NCBI GenBank assembly: GCA_021813145.1
Contig: JAKALS010000004.1
Span: forward strand, 8,594-72,593
Length of the DNA: 64,000 nt
Reading direction: 5' to 3'
Origin: a bacterium
GTDB taxonomy: Bacteria; Patescibacteriota; Microgenomatia; Levybacterales; UBA12049
The position numbers and the translations under genes are program-made. The notes beneath the pieces were generated by a model. That model was not told where the DNA came from and did not search any database. It saw nothing but the letters and a program-made list of their open reading frames with translations. This document shows, one piece after another, positions 40,540 through 50,756 of this stretch (its first letter is position 1; each line of letters begins with the position of its first letter).

Positions 40540-41574
40540 ATGACAATAAGACTCAGAACGGCATTTTTTATAGTCTTAGGCCTGGTTCTTGTTTGGTTTT
40601 TGTATTATGAGAGGGCAGTACTTGCTCCGTTTATACTTGCCGCAATTTTTGCATATCTCTTTAATCCTCTTGTAAATTTTTTCTCTAATAAGATAAAGCT
40701 TCCCAGAACGCTTTCTATAATAATTATTTATATTCTTTTAATAGGAATAGTAGCAGCCATAGGGATAACAATGAGTAAAAGAGTAGTTGAAGAATCTTCG
40801 GAACTTACCCAATATGCTACCCAAATAAACAAAGAAGCAAAACAACAAATAAATTCTTTGCCCGATTGGATAAAGCCTACTGTCAACGATGCCTTATATT
40901 CTCTGGAAAATTATAAAGTCATTTCCTCGCCTTCGGCATTTAGCTTTGTTCCGAAAGCGTTTTCCAGGATATTGAGTTTTATAATTTTTCTCTTTTCTGC
41001 ATTTTATTTTCTAAAAGAGGGAAAGAATATGCGGGATAAGGCCTTAAACTTGATTCCCAACGAATATAAATTCGATGTCGAGATACTTCTTCGTAAAATC
41101 AATCTGACTTTAGGAAGTTACCTTAGGGGTCAGATATTCCTTGTTGTTATAGTCTCTACCGCGCTTTTTATAGCTCTTACGATTTTGGGTGTTAAATTTT
41201 CACTTATACTTGCCATTTTTTCTGGACTTGCAGAAATTGTCCCCATAATAGGCCCTATTGTTGCTGCTTCAGTTGCGGCAATTGTTGCTTTTGTCGGAGG
41301 CACTTCTAGCTTTGGCTTAAATTCTGTCCAGATGGTAATTGCAGTTATTGTTATTTATACAGTTTTAAGGCAAATACAGGACTATATAGTTAATCCTTAT
41401 TTTATGGGTAAGATTACCAATCTTCATCCGCTTATTATTCTTTTTGCAGTTGTGGCAGGCGAACATACCGCAGGAATTTTAGGTTTAATACTTGCTGTTC
41501 CAACCGCGGGAATAATAAAAATACTTCTGGAATTTTCCCTCGATAAGCTAAACGGAATAGAGGATAAAGAATAA
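40540..41574 (+). CDS. AI-2E (PerM-like) family transporter
   Basis: PFILAAIFAYLFNPLV, YLRGQ, VPIIGP, LHPLIILFAV, GILGLILAVP. Confidence 0.92.
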   Translation: MTIRLRTAFFIVLGLVLVWFLYYERAVLAPFILAAIFAYLFNPLVNFFSNKIKLPRTLSIIIIYILLIGIVAAIGITMSKRVVEESSELTQYATQINKEAKQQINSLPDWIKPTVNDALYSLENYKVISSPSAFSFVPKAFSRILSFIIFLFSAFYFLKEGKNMRDKALNLIPNEYKFDVEILLRKINLTLGSYLRGQIFLVVIVSTALFIALTILGVKFSLILAIFSGLAEIVPIIGPIVAASVAAIVAFVGGTSSFGLNSVQMVIAVIVIYTVLRQIQDYIVNPYFMGKITNLHPLIILFAVVAGEHTAGILGLILAVPTAGIIKILLEFSLDKLNGIEDKE

Positions 41575-41578
41575 AAAA

Positions 41579-41978
41579 GTTCTTTGGAAGACAATAAGCC
41601 AGATTCTGTATTTGTTGCAATCTATCTCTATTGTGATGTTTATGTCACTTTAGGTCCGATTTTCGTCGGACTGCCCTCTGCATTGATGCTCCCGTAAAGC
41701 AGGTAACGTCCTTCTTCGCACAAAGCTATGGAAGGACACGCATCTTTCGGAGGTTGCAGCAGGTAGGATTGCCCGTTTCACTCCCACTCGTCTCTGTTGC
41801 TCTCAAGTTCTGTCGATTCAGAACCTGTCTCAAATCTTATATGTGGGTAAAAAAACTTGAGAACCAGCTATCTCTAGTCGGAGCTTTCGCTCCGTCCCCG
41901 GCCTTACACCTGTCTGGACTTTCCTGTCCGGTGTTGTCCTTAGACTTCACCGGACTAGCAACTCATCTTCCAAAGAAC
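41579..41978 (-). ncRNA. rnpB: RNase P RNA
   Basis: Minus strand carries AGGAAAGTCCAGAC and ACAGAATCTGGCTTAT; terminal helix GTTCTTTGGAAGA/TCTTCCAAAGAAC; TATAAT at 41985-41990. Confidence 0.93.
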
Positions 41979-42036
41979 AGCCGTATTATACCAAAATAGG
42001 AGCAATTTTAAAAGTTTTTGAGGCTAAAGTAAGCAG

Positions 42037-44895
42037 TTACACATTGCATAATAATTTGTACTCGCAGTTTAGGCAAAGTACATTTCCGCTGCATTTAAAA
42101 TCGCTTTTTTCAATTTCCTTTATTTTTTCGATTAAATCTTCCTCCACTTTTATTAAGTCTTCTTTTTTAAACGCCATTGTCTTTTTTGTTCCGTCTTCCA
42201 AAAAGTAAAGGGAAAGAGATATATCTTCCGGCTTGCGGTTAAAAATTTTATCGTTAATTTTTGTAGCCGCCAAAGCATATATTTCCAACTGCAGTTTATG
42301 AGCCTTGTCCGCCTTTGGATTATCTTCTCCGGTTTTGTAATCTATTATTTCTATGCCTTTTTCCTTAGCGTCGACCCTATCTATTTTTCCGAATACTTTT
42401 ACTCCGTTCTTTAAAACAAAAGAGAAAGGCAGTTCTATTCCTATTGGTTTTATAGGCGGTTTACATTCTTTTTCGTAAAATCTTTCAAGAATTTTTGTTG
42501 CCTGTTCATATCTTTCCTTCTCGTGACTTTTGTTTTCGTATCCGTCGCTCATCCATTCTTTTTTTAGCATCTCTTTAAATTCCAAAAGAGTTGGAGATTT
42601 TTCTTCGGTAACGTTTTTATAAAAATCGTAAAGTGTATTGTGCAGGGAAATGCCGAAACTTTGGACAGAGCTTATGGGTGTCGGAATATTTAATATTGCT
42701 TTTGCTTTATAATGTAGAGGGCATATATCAAACATTTGAAGGTTTGAATAAGTAATATAAGAAATTTTAAACGGAGGTTTTTCTTCGTCTTTTTCTTCTT
42801 CTATTTCGTAGTTTGAGAGCACGTCGGAAAGAGTCAACTGTTTTGCGTTTTTTAACAGGTTTTCTTCTATTTTAAGTTTTGGGAGAGCTTCATAGATAAA
42901 AGGCGAAAGTTTCTTTGAACGTTTTCCGTTACCGTAATAGTTTGCTGCAGTAAAATACAGGGCTTCTTTAGCTCTTGTCATTCCGACATAAAACAATCTT
43001 CTTTCTTCCTGAAGGTGGAAGTCAACCCCTTCGGGTAGTTTTTCTTTTATTATTCCCAAAGGCAAAGGTATTTTTTCCGATCTTTCTCTTGAAGGAAAAC
43101 GCTCCGAGACGAGGTTTACAAGAAAAACAACCTTGAATTCCAGTCCCTTGCTGGAGTGAACAGTTAAAATATTAACCGCATTTTTGTCTCTTATGTCTAT
43201 ATCGGCAGCAGTAGGGCTGTCTCCAAGCGAAAGCATAAGAGTAAGCCATTCAACTACATCAAAAATATTACTGTTATTTTTTTCGGTTTCGAAATTTTTT
43301 ATCCTGTCGAAGAATTTTGCTATATTCTTTACCCTTTTTTCTTCTTTAATGGAATCAGTTTTTTGAAATGATTCATAAAGACCCGAATCTATAAGGAAGT
43401 AGTAAAGAATCTGTCCTGCGACTTCTTTCTTACTTTTTTCAAGGTGTCTTTCAACCATGAATTTAAACTTTCCAAGTTTTTCCCGGGTCTCGTCTTTTAG
43501 AAACGCATGTTCCATATCCATTGCTTCAAAAAGCGAAAGATTTTTTTTCTTCGCAAAATTAAGAAGGAAATTCAGTTCTATATTAGAAATTTTGAAAATA
43601 TCCATGGAAAGAACTCTAAAAAGCGATACGGAATCCGAAAGGTTTGTTAAAAATGTCAGATACGCTATTAAATCTTTTATTTCTTCCTGCTGGAAAAGAT
43701 AGCCTGGACCCAAAAACTGGTAAGGAATTTTATGCCTTTGCAATGCCTGGGTAATACTTTGGGAATGATTGTTGGCTCTGACAAGAATTGCTATATCCCG
43801 GTATTCATATTCTTTTGCAAGTTTTTTTATTGTTTTTGCTATTTCGTCTGCTTCGTCTTCGACTTTTTCCGCGTGTATAATTTCTATTTCGCGTTCCATG
43901 GTTTTTGTGTGGCTTTGGAGTTTTTTATTGATATTTTCTACAACCTCAAGACGGTTCGGATTGTTGTTTTGTATGAGCTGATGGGCAGAATCGAGTATTG
44001 TTTGGGTTGAGCGGTAATTGTCGGTTAAAGTTATTATTTTTGCATTCGGAAAATTTTTCTTAAACTGCAGGACGTTTGATACGGCAGCTCCGCGGAATCT
44101 ATAGATGGACTGGTCGTCGTCTGCCACCACCGTAATATTTTTATCGTTACCGGCAAGGAGAATGGCAAGCTCGTTTTGCGAATAATTTGTATCCTGAAAT
44201 TCGTCTACCAAAACATATTTAAACTGTTCTTGATATTTTTTAAGAATATTTTTTCTTGTCCTGAAAAGTAGAAGAGTATTGGAAATAAGGTCTGAAAAAT
44301 CCATAACTCCCTCCTTGGCTTTTAGTTCCTCGTATGCTTTATAAGCATTTGCAAGTTCAAGGTATTCAACTTTTTCGTCAACGGAAGTAAGTTCCTTTGC
44401 CCATTTTAAATATTCTTCGGGCGTTATGTCTTCGTCTTTAAGTCTTGAAAAATGTGTAAGTAGGGCGTCGAGAAATTTTGTTGGATTCCCCAAGGGCCTG
44501 AAAAATTTAAGCCCCAAATTAAAAATATTTTTTTTCATAAGAAGTACGGATTCGGCTTCTGTGATAAGTCTGTAAGCAGGGTCAAGTCCTATTGCGTGGG
44601 CGTCATCTCTTAAAATTCTGTCGCAGAAAGAGTGGAAAGTGTGAATCCACATGTTTAAATATCCGTAGGGAAGAAGAATATCCACTCTTTCCTGCATTTC
44701 AAAAGCAGCTTTGTCGGTAAAGGTAAGGGCTAAAACTTCCGAAGGAGGAACTTTTTTTTCAACGATAAGGTGTTTTATTCTTTCGGTTATTACGGTTGTT
44801 TTTCCCGTTCCGGCTCCTGCAATAATAAGAAGCGGCCCTTTGTCGTGCTCCACTGCCTCAAGCTGTTCTTTGTTGAGGGTTTTTTCCGTCTTCAT
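42037..44895 (-). CDS. UvrD/PcrA-type helicase fused to a C-terminal PD-(D/E)xK nuclease with Fe-S cysteines
   Basis: AGAGTGKT, VDEFQD, DDDQSIYRFRGA, EERRLFYVGMTRA; C-terminal CPLHY, GKIDRVD, IIDYKTG, C-x5-C-x2-C-x5-C. Confidence 0.93.
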   Translation of the reverse strand: MKTEKTLNKEQLEAVEHDKGPLLIIAGAGTGKTTVITERIKHLIVEKKVPPSEVLALTFTDKAAFEMQERVDILLPYGYLNMWIHTFHSFCDRILRDDAHAIGLDPAYRLITEAESVLLMKKNIFNLGLKFFRPLGNPTKFLDALLTHFSRLKDEDITPEEYLKWAKELTSVDEKVEYLELANAYKAYEELKAKEGVMDFSDLISNTLLLFRTRKNILKKYQEQFKYVLVDEFQDTNYSQNELAILLAGNDKNITVVADDDQSIYRFRGAAVSNVLQFKKNFPNAKIITLTDNYRSTQTILDSAHQLIQNNNPNRLEVVENINKKLQSHTKTMEREIEIIHAEKVEDEADEIAKTIKKLAKEYEYRDIAILVRANNHSQSITQALQRHKIPYQFLGPGYLFQQEEIKDLIAYLTFLTNLSDSVSLFRVLSMDIFKISNIELNFLLNFAKKKNLSLFEAMDMEHAFLKDETREKLGKFKFMVERHLEKSKKEVAGQILYYFLIDSGLYESFQKTDSIKEEKRVKNIAKFFDRIKNFETEKNNSNIFDVVEWLTLMLSLGDSPTAADIDIRDKNAVNILTVHSSKGLEFKVVFLVNLVSERFPSRERSEKIPLPLGIIKEKLPEGVDFHLQEERRLFYVGMTRAKEALYFTAANYYGNGKRSKKLSPFIYEALPKLKIEENLLKNAKQLTLSDVLSNYEIEEEKDEEKPPFKISYITYSNLQMFDICPLHYKAKAILNIPTPISSVQSFGISLHNTLYDFYKNVTEEKSPTLLEFKEMLKKEWMSDGYENKSHEKERYEQATKILERFYEKECKPPIKPIGIELPFSFVLKNGVKVFGKIDRVDAKEKGIEIIDYKTGEDNPKADKAHKLQLEIYALAATKINDKIFNRKPEDISLSLYFLEDGTKKTMAFKKEDLIKVEEDLIEKIKEIEKSDFKCSGNVLCLNCEYKLLCNV

Positions 44896-44912
44896 TAGAG
44901 GTTATTGTATCA

Positions 44913-45881
44913 CTAATTTTCGCTCTTTTCGCCTATTCTTTTTGTAGAATTAAGCTTTTGTCCGAGTTGCAAAAATCCCGAAGTTACGTTGTTAAATTGT
45001 GTATAGGCGTTATTCAAATGCTTACCTAAAACATTAAGACTTTCGTTTGTTTTGTCGTAGTCTATTTGAAGCGCTCTAAGCATTGCAAAAACTTCTCTTG
45101 ATTTTGCCTCCAGCTTTTTACCTTCAAAAGAAAGAAGAATTGTCTGAAGGTGTGCATAAAGGGTAGAAGGTGAAACTATATAAACTCTTGCCCTTCTTGC
45201 ATATTCCATGATGTCCTGGCTGTTTACGACTTCGTAGAAAACCGACTCGCTCGGAACATACATAAGGGCAAAATCCATTGTTCCTTCCGCCGGCAAAATG
45301 TATTTTTTCGAAATAGCGTCTACGTGTTTTTTAACGTCTTTAATAAATTCCTTTTCATATTGTTCTTTTTCACCGTTTACTGCTTTTGTCATTTTCTGGA
45401 AATTTTCCATAGGGAATTTGGAGTCTATCGGTAAAATCCCCGCGTCTGTTTTTATTGCGGCATCCACCTTTTCTCCCGATTTAAATTCGTATTGTAAATT
45501 AAAACTGTTTTTGGGAAACATTTGTGCGATTAAATCCTTAAGCACCTGTTCGCCTATATTTCCCCGAAGCTTAGGGCTTTTTAAGAATTCCTGGAGCTCA
45601 CGCATATTCCTTCCAATTTCGTTCATCTGCCCGACCTCTTTGCTTACGTCTCTCATTGCAAGAGCAGCTTTATCTAATCTTTCGTTTAATTGTCTTGAAT
45701 TTTCCTGCAGAGTTTTCACCATATTGCCGGTTGAGGAGTTCATTGTATTTTGCATGGACTTTAGCCATTCCATTAAAGCCTCGTCGGTTTTTTGGGTGTT
45801 TGATTTTTTATTTAGTAAATAAAACATAATTCCAAATCCTAAGATTACAATAAGAAACAGTATGGTGAATTCAAAAGACAT
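44913..45881 (-). CDS. rmuC: DNA recombination protein RmuC
   Basis: N-terminal TM helix, RGNIGE, PIDSKFP, KKYI, DFALMYVPSE. Confidence 0.93.
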   Translation of the reverse strand: MSFEFTILFLIVILGFGIMFYLLNKKSNTQKTDEALMEWLKSMQNTMNSSTGNMVKTLQENSRQLNERLDKAALAMRDVSKEVGQMNEIGRNMRELQEFLKSPKLRGNIGEQVLKDLIAQMFPKNSFNLQYEFKSGEKVDAAIKTDAGILPIDSKFPMENFQKMTKAVNGEKEQYEKEFIKDVKKHVDAISKKYILPAEGTMDFALMYVPSESVFYEVVNSQDIMEYARRARVYIVSPSTLYAHLQTILLSFEGKKLEAKSREVFAMLRALQIDYDKTNESLNVLGKHLNNAYTQFNNVTSGFLQLGQKLNSTKRIGEKSEN

Positions 45882-45897
45882 ATTTATATTTTATCAC

Positions 45898-46941
45898 TTA
45901 ATCAAAATATAATTCGGGATTGGCAGTCACATTCTGCCAGGGTTCTTCTTTTTGGTTAAAAAAAGCTGCGGCTGCAATCATTGCCGCGTTGTCGGTGGAA
46001 AGTTTTTTCTCGGGGACAAAAAACTTGATTGTTGATTGCTGATTGCTGATTACCGATTCAAAACGTTTTCGAAGTTCAGAATTTGCGGAGACACCGCCGC
46101 CTAATAGTATTGATTTCACTTTATATTCTTTTGCTGCTTTTAATGTTTTTGTTGTTAAAACGTCGAAGATGGCATTTTGCAAAGAAAAGCAGATATTGGA
46201 AATTATTTCTTTGTCGGCGATATTTACTTTTTGTATTTCCCTGTGTACCGCGGTTTTGAGCCCGCTAAAACTAAAATCGTAATCGGAAGAGTCTATTAGC
46301 GGTTTTGGAAAATGATAAATATCTTTTTGGGAAGAAGAAGCAAGTTTTTCTATTAGTGGCCCTGCAGGATAAGACAAATTAAGAAGCCTTCCCGTTTTGT
46401 CGAATGCTTCACCAGCCGCGTCGTCTCTTGTTCCCCCGAGCCATTTATAATCGTTATAATTTTTCATAAGCACCAAATCGGTATGTCCTCCAGAGACGAT
46501 AAGGGCTATTGCCGGAAATTCAACATCTTTAAGTTTAAGATTTAAGACTTCAGATTTAGGATTTTCGCGAATGAAATTGGCGTAGATGTGGCCGAATAAA
46601 TGGTTGACGGGAATGATGGGTTTTTTATAAATGTAGGAAAGGGTTTTTGCCGTTTCTACCCCTACCAAAAGAGAACCAATAAGTCCCGGCCCTACGGTAA
46701 CCGCTATTGCGTCTATATCTTCAACTCCGGTTTCTCCTAATGCTTCTTTTATTACCGGTATTATAAATTTTACCTGTTCTCTTGCGGCAATTTCTGGTAT
46801 TATGCCTCCAGTTTTTGAATGAAGGACCAGGGAAGTAGCAAGAGAGTTGGAAATAAGATCAACAAAATTTCCTCCCTTTTTTCCTTCTATTATTGCCGCA
46901 CCTGTTTCGTCGCAGCTTGTTTCAATTCCCAGTATTTTCAT
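45898..46941 (-). CDS. tsaD: tRNA t6A synthase TsaD
   Basis: LGIETSCDET, HLFGH, VSGGHT, DDAAGEAFDK, FSFSGLKT, TDNAAMI. Confidence 0.98.
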   Translation of the reverse strand: MKILGIETSCDETGAAIIEGKKGGNFVDLISNSLATSLVLHSKTGGIIPEIAAREQVKFIIPVIKEALGETGVEDIDAIAVTVGPGLIGSLLVGVETAKTLSYIYKKPIIPVNHLFGHIYANFIRENPKSEVLNLKLKDVEFPAIALIVSGGHTDLVLMKNYNDYKWLGGTRDDAAGEAFDKTGRLLNLSYPAGPLIEKLASSSQKDIYHFPKPLIDSSDYDFSFSGLKTAVHREIQKVNIADKEIISNICFSLQNAIFDVLTTKTLKAAKEYKVKSILLGGGVSANSELRKRFESVISNQQSTIKFFVPEKKLSTDNAAMIAAAAFFNQKEEPWQNVTANPELYFD

Positions 46942-46942
46942 A

Positions 46943-47392
46943 TTAATAATTAATGCTTACGGAATCTCCTTCTTTAAATCCGTATTTTTGAGATAAACCT
47001 GCGTTAATTTCAAGTACCGTATCCGAAAGGGAATCAGGTCTGTAAATCGGCAAAGGCGAATTATCCGTTTTGGGAGGAGGAACGTTTGCAAAAATTTTAA
47101 TAATTTTTCCATTTCTTATAAAAATAATATCTATAGGAAATTTCATATTCTTCATCCAGAAAGAGTAATAGCCTTCCTTTCCAAAAGGAAAAAGCATTCC
47201 GAAATCATTGGATATTTTATTATATTTTGCAAGGCCGGTTTCTTTTTCCTTATCGGTTTTTGCCACCTCTATTTTAAACGTATAGTCGTCTATTGTCGCA
47301 GAAGGGACAGTTTTTTTTAGGATTTGCGGGAGAATAGATATAAGCAGAAAAACGACTGCTGTCGCAAAGAAAAAGAAAAAAATTTTTTTCAT
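46943..47392 (-). CDS. DUF192 family protein
   Basis: GMLFPF, FWMKNMKFPIDIIF, VLEINAG. Confidence 0.92.
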   Translation of the reverse strand: MKKIFFFFFATAVVFLLISILPQILKKTVPSATIDDYTFKIEVAKTDKEKETGLAKYNKISNDFGMLFPFGKEGYYSFWMKNMKFPIDIIFIRNGKIIKIFANVPPPKTDNSPLPIYRPDSLSDTVLEINAGLSQKYGFKEGDSVSINY

Positions 47393-47880
47393 ATGCGGTT
47401 ATTTTCTTCTATGAGTTTTGCAAGACGGGTAGTAGATCTGTTGGAAATCCTGTTTACAACAAAAGCTGGTTCTGCTCCTGCGAGTTTTGCCGTCCTTTTT
47501 ATATGTATACTCTGCTCTGCGTCTTTTGTGGCTGCAATAATATCCGGTTTTAAAGACAATACAAGTTTATCATAGTCGGTATTTGTATTCATATCGGGGA
47601 GAATAACAACATAATCAACGGGTCTAAGAGATGAAAGAAGAATCGCTCTTTCTTCCTGCGTATTTATCGGTCTTTCCTCTCCTTTTAGTTTTTTTACGGA
47701 TGTATCGTTTTCCAAAAGTACAAATAAAATATCTCCTTCTTTTTTTGCCGCGTCCAGAAATCTTATATGACCTATATGGAGTACATCAAAACATCCTCCG
47801 CAAAGTACTATTTTCTTTCCTTCTTGCTTTAATTTTTTGCTTATCTTTATTGCTTTTTTTATATCTATTATTCTTTGCAT
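47389..47880 (-). CDS. Cytidylyl/adenylyltransferase (RfaE domain II / TagD-like)
   Basis: GCFDVLHIGH, KGEERPI, STT. Confidence 0.88.
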   Translation of the reverse strand: MQRIIDIKKAIKISKKLKQEGKKIVLCGGCFDVLHIGHIRFLDAAKKEGDILFVLLENDTSVKKLKGEERPINTQEERAILLSSLRPVDYVVILPDMNTNTDYDKLVLSLKPDIIAATKDAEQSIHIKRTAKLAGAEPAFVVNRISNRSTTRLAKLIEENNRI

Positions 47881-49296
47881 TTATTGTGTTCCTCTGAGGT
47901 ATACAGCCTGCCATGGTTGGTAATTCGATACAAATTTATCGTTTAGGTAAAGTTTTCCGTCTTTATAAACCTGTCTGGTAAAATAAACATTTGCTCCCCA
48001 TGCGGCAAAATCTGTTTGTTGTATTACTCCTTTTGGAAGGTTGGGGTCATCCTGATAAAGGGGCGGAGGAGGGGGAGTCTGGTTGGTTATTACGGGTTTA
48101 GAAATTGTCACCTGTCTTCCGTCCGAAGTGCCGTAAAGGTAGAAAGCCATGGAATAATTAGCCGGATCCGTTACTCCCTGAATTAAAATATAATGCCCTG
48201 TATCGTTTTTAAATTTTAAATCTACTGTAGGGACATAAATCGTGGCGTCGAAACCGGGAGGGGAATCTTGTTCGTAATATCCTACCCTATAGGCATGAGC
48301 AGTCCTGTCTACTATAGGGAGCCCTGCGTTTAGAAGTGCCCTGAAAAAGGTAGTTGAAACCTGGCAGACTCCGCCACCGTCTCCAAGCACGGTATGACCG
48401 TTTTGGATTACATAAGCCTGCTGATAACCACTATAAACGGATATATCTCCCAAAGTTTTGTCAAAAGAAAAAGTTTCTCCCGGAGCCACCAATACACCGT
48501 TTATTCTCGAAGTTGCAAGGACTATGTTGTGAACGCGGCTCGTTATAGAGTCATAATATGTAGAATGGCCTTCACCTATAAGTTCTTTTATACCCATATT
48601 GTTTGCCTTATCCGTTGTCACATCGGGTTGTATAGTTGCTATGGGAAGAGGAACAATAATAACAGAGCCTTTTTGTCCCGACATTGCAGTTAATGATTTC
48701 GATAAAAGCTGCGTATCTAATGCATTTAAATCTACCGCCTGGCCGTTTTCAGACATCCTAAAAGCCGTAACTCTACCATTTGAAAATGTAAAGAGTGCGT
48801 TTACGGGTTGTTTGTTTATTTTTTGCGTTAAAGGAAGAAGGATCCGGGACAAAGAGTCTTGCGAATATGTATACGAAGAGGGGAGATTGATTCCATTTAT
48901 ATAGGCCTGAAGAATAAGACTTATATTGGAAAGTATGTTATTAGTCCTTCCAAGTGTAAAAGCCTGTGAGGCAAGAAGGTCCGAGTTGTATCCATAAGAA
49001 ATGTCTCCGGCAGAAGCCGTTGCTACGCCATCGCTACTGGTAAAAACAAAGTTTACATCTTTTACCGAAAGATTCTTTTTGTCGAAATAGCTCTGCACCT
49101 GTTGTTCCGTTTTCCCTCCGAAATTAACTCCGTTTATCATTACCCCCGGATAAACAGAATTTTGGTAGATAGTCTTAAATATTAAAAAACTGAAGCTTAG
49201 GATAAAAAAGAGGGAAAGAAATGCTCCCATAAAAAACCAAAAAAGAATCCTGCCTGTATGATAAAAATGTTTGGCTTTAATTCGAGGAATTTTCAT
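47881..49296 (-). CDS. VanW family protein with N-terminal TM helix and probable peptidoglycan-binding region
   Basis: PGETFSF, GGGVCQVSTT, HAYRVGYY, DATI, DLKFKNDT. Confidence 0.92.
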   Translation of the reverse strand: MKIPRIKAKHFYHTGRILFWFFMGAFLSLFFILSFSFLIFKTIYQNSVYPGVMINGVNFGGKTEQQVQSYFDKKNLSVKDVNFVFTSSDGVATASAGDISYGYNSDLLASQAFTLGRTNNILSNISLILQAYINGINLPSSYTYSQDSLSRILLPLTQKINKQPVNALFTFSNGRVTAFRMSENGQAVDLNALDTQLLSKSLTAMSGQKGSVIIVPLPIATIQPDVTTDKANNMGIKELIGEGHSTYYDSITSRVHNIVLATSRINGVLVAPGETFSFDKTLGDISVYSGYQQAYVIQNGHTVLGDGGGVCQVSTTFFRALLNAGLPIVDRTAHAYRVGYYEQDSPPGFDATIYVPTVDLKFKNDTGHYILIQGVTDPANYSMAFYLYGTSDGRQVTISKPVITNQTPPPPPLYQDDPNLPKGVIQQTDFAAWGANVYFTRQVYKDGKLYLNDKFVSNYQPWQAVYLRGTQ

Positions 49297-49340
49297 TTGA
49301 TATGTTATACTAAGTATTATACTATAATAGCCGCTTAAAT

Positions 49341-50756
49341 ATGGATGAAAATGCCGTTTTCCAGGGACAAAATCTAGAACAGCCGCAAAGCTATTATCAG
49401 CCCGTTCAGGCTCCGCAAATGCAGACTCCGCCTCCGCCTCCTCCTGAAGAAGGCTCGAGGTTTAATTTTTCGCCTCAGGCCCTTGTAAAGCTCTTAATAG
49501 GACTTGTCGTTGTCATACTATTATTGACGGTTTTGATTGTAGTAGTATTACCACGTTTTACGCAAAAGAATAATCAAAAGGTGACTCTTGTTTATTGGGG
49601 ACTTTGGGAATCTCCAAGCGTCATGCAGCCCGTAATTTCGGATTTTGAAAGACAATATCCTAATATTACGGTAGAGTATTCGCAACAGGATATTAAACAG
49701 TACAGAGAGAGGCTGATGACAAGGATAAGCAACGGGAACGGTCCTGATGTTTTTCGTTTTCACGATAGCTGGTATCCTATGCTTTCTTCCTATCTTGCTC
49801 CGCTTTCAAGCGATACGATTTCAAATGCCGATTTTAGCCGTCTATTTTATCCTGTCGCTGTGAAAGACCTGGTGAAAAATGGTGCAATATACGGTATACC
49901 TCTGGAAATAGATACTCTTGGCCTATATATTAACACGGATATACTAAAAGCTGCGGGACTTACCCCTCCTGCTACCTGGAACGATTTTGTAAATGACGCA
50001 AAAACAATGACCGTAAAAGACTCTTCGGGGAAAATAAAGACAGCAGGGGCAGCGCTTGGTACCTACAGCAACGTTACCCACGCACCCGATATTATGGCTC
50101 TCCTTTTTGCCCAGAACGGAGTAAATATGAGTACGATGACTCCCGCTCAAAGTGCTTCGGATGCCTTGAATTTTTACACTTCGTTTGCTCTTGATAATGC
50201 CAATGTCTGGGATAATACTCTTGATCCTTCGATTCTTGCTTTTTCTAAAGGGAACCTTGCCATGTATTTCGGATATTCTTGGGATTACTTTACCATAAAA
50301 GCTGCGAATCCTTCGTTAAATTTTGAGATTGTTCCGGTTCCCCAGCTTCCCGGCCAAAACATAAATATCGCAAGCTATTGGGTCGAAGGGGTTTCGTCAA
50401 AGAGTAAGCACCAAAAAGAAGCTATGCTTTTTCTTAAGTACCTTTCACAGGCATCAACAGAACAAAAACTTTACGGCGAAGAATCTAAGACAAGAGATTT
50501 CGGGGAACTTTATGCGAGAACAGACCTGGCATCAACTCTCGAGCAAAATCCAACAGTGTCCCCGTTTATTAAGGAAGCGCCAACTGCGGTTTCTTCTTTT
50601 TTTGCAGACGGTACCTATGATGACGGTCTTAATTCTCAGGTAAATACATACCTTGGTAATGCCATTAATTCGATGTTTAATAATACCTCCGCCGATACTG
50701 CCATAGGTACACTTTCCCAGGGGGTGGCACAAGTGTTGAAGCAGTATGGACAATAA
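49341..50756 (+). CDS. Membrane-anchored sugar-type ABC substrate-binding protein (orphan)
   Basis: Pro-rich N-tail, TM helix, LVYWG, GPDVF, YGIP, PPATWNDF. Confidence 0.85.
   Translation: MDENAVFQGQNLEQPQSYYQPVQAPQMQTPPPPPPEEGSRFNFSPQALVKLLIGLVVVILLLTVLIVVVLPRFTQKNNQKVTLVYWGLWESPSVMQPVISDFERQYPNITVEYSQQDIKQYRERLMTRISNGNGPDVFRFHDSWYPMLSSYLAPLSSDTISNADFSRLFYPVAVKDLVKNGAIYGIPLEIDTLGLYINTDILKAAGLTPPATWNDFVNDAKTMTVKDSSGKIKTAGAALGTYSNVTHAPDIMALLFAQNGVNMSTMTPAQSASDALNFYTSFALDNANVWDNTLDPSILAFSKGNLAMYFGYSWDYFTIKAANPSLNFEIVPVPQLPGQNINIASYWVEGVSSKSKHQKEAMLFLKYLSQASTEQKLYGEESKTRDFGELYARTDLASTLEQNPTVSPFIKEAPTAVSSFFADGTYDDGLNSQVNTYLGNAINSMFNNTSADTAIGTLSQGVAQVLKQYGQ

Noticed and set aside
41754-41999. 81-aa plus-strand ORF
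   Set aside because: Antisense to the RNase P RNA.
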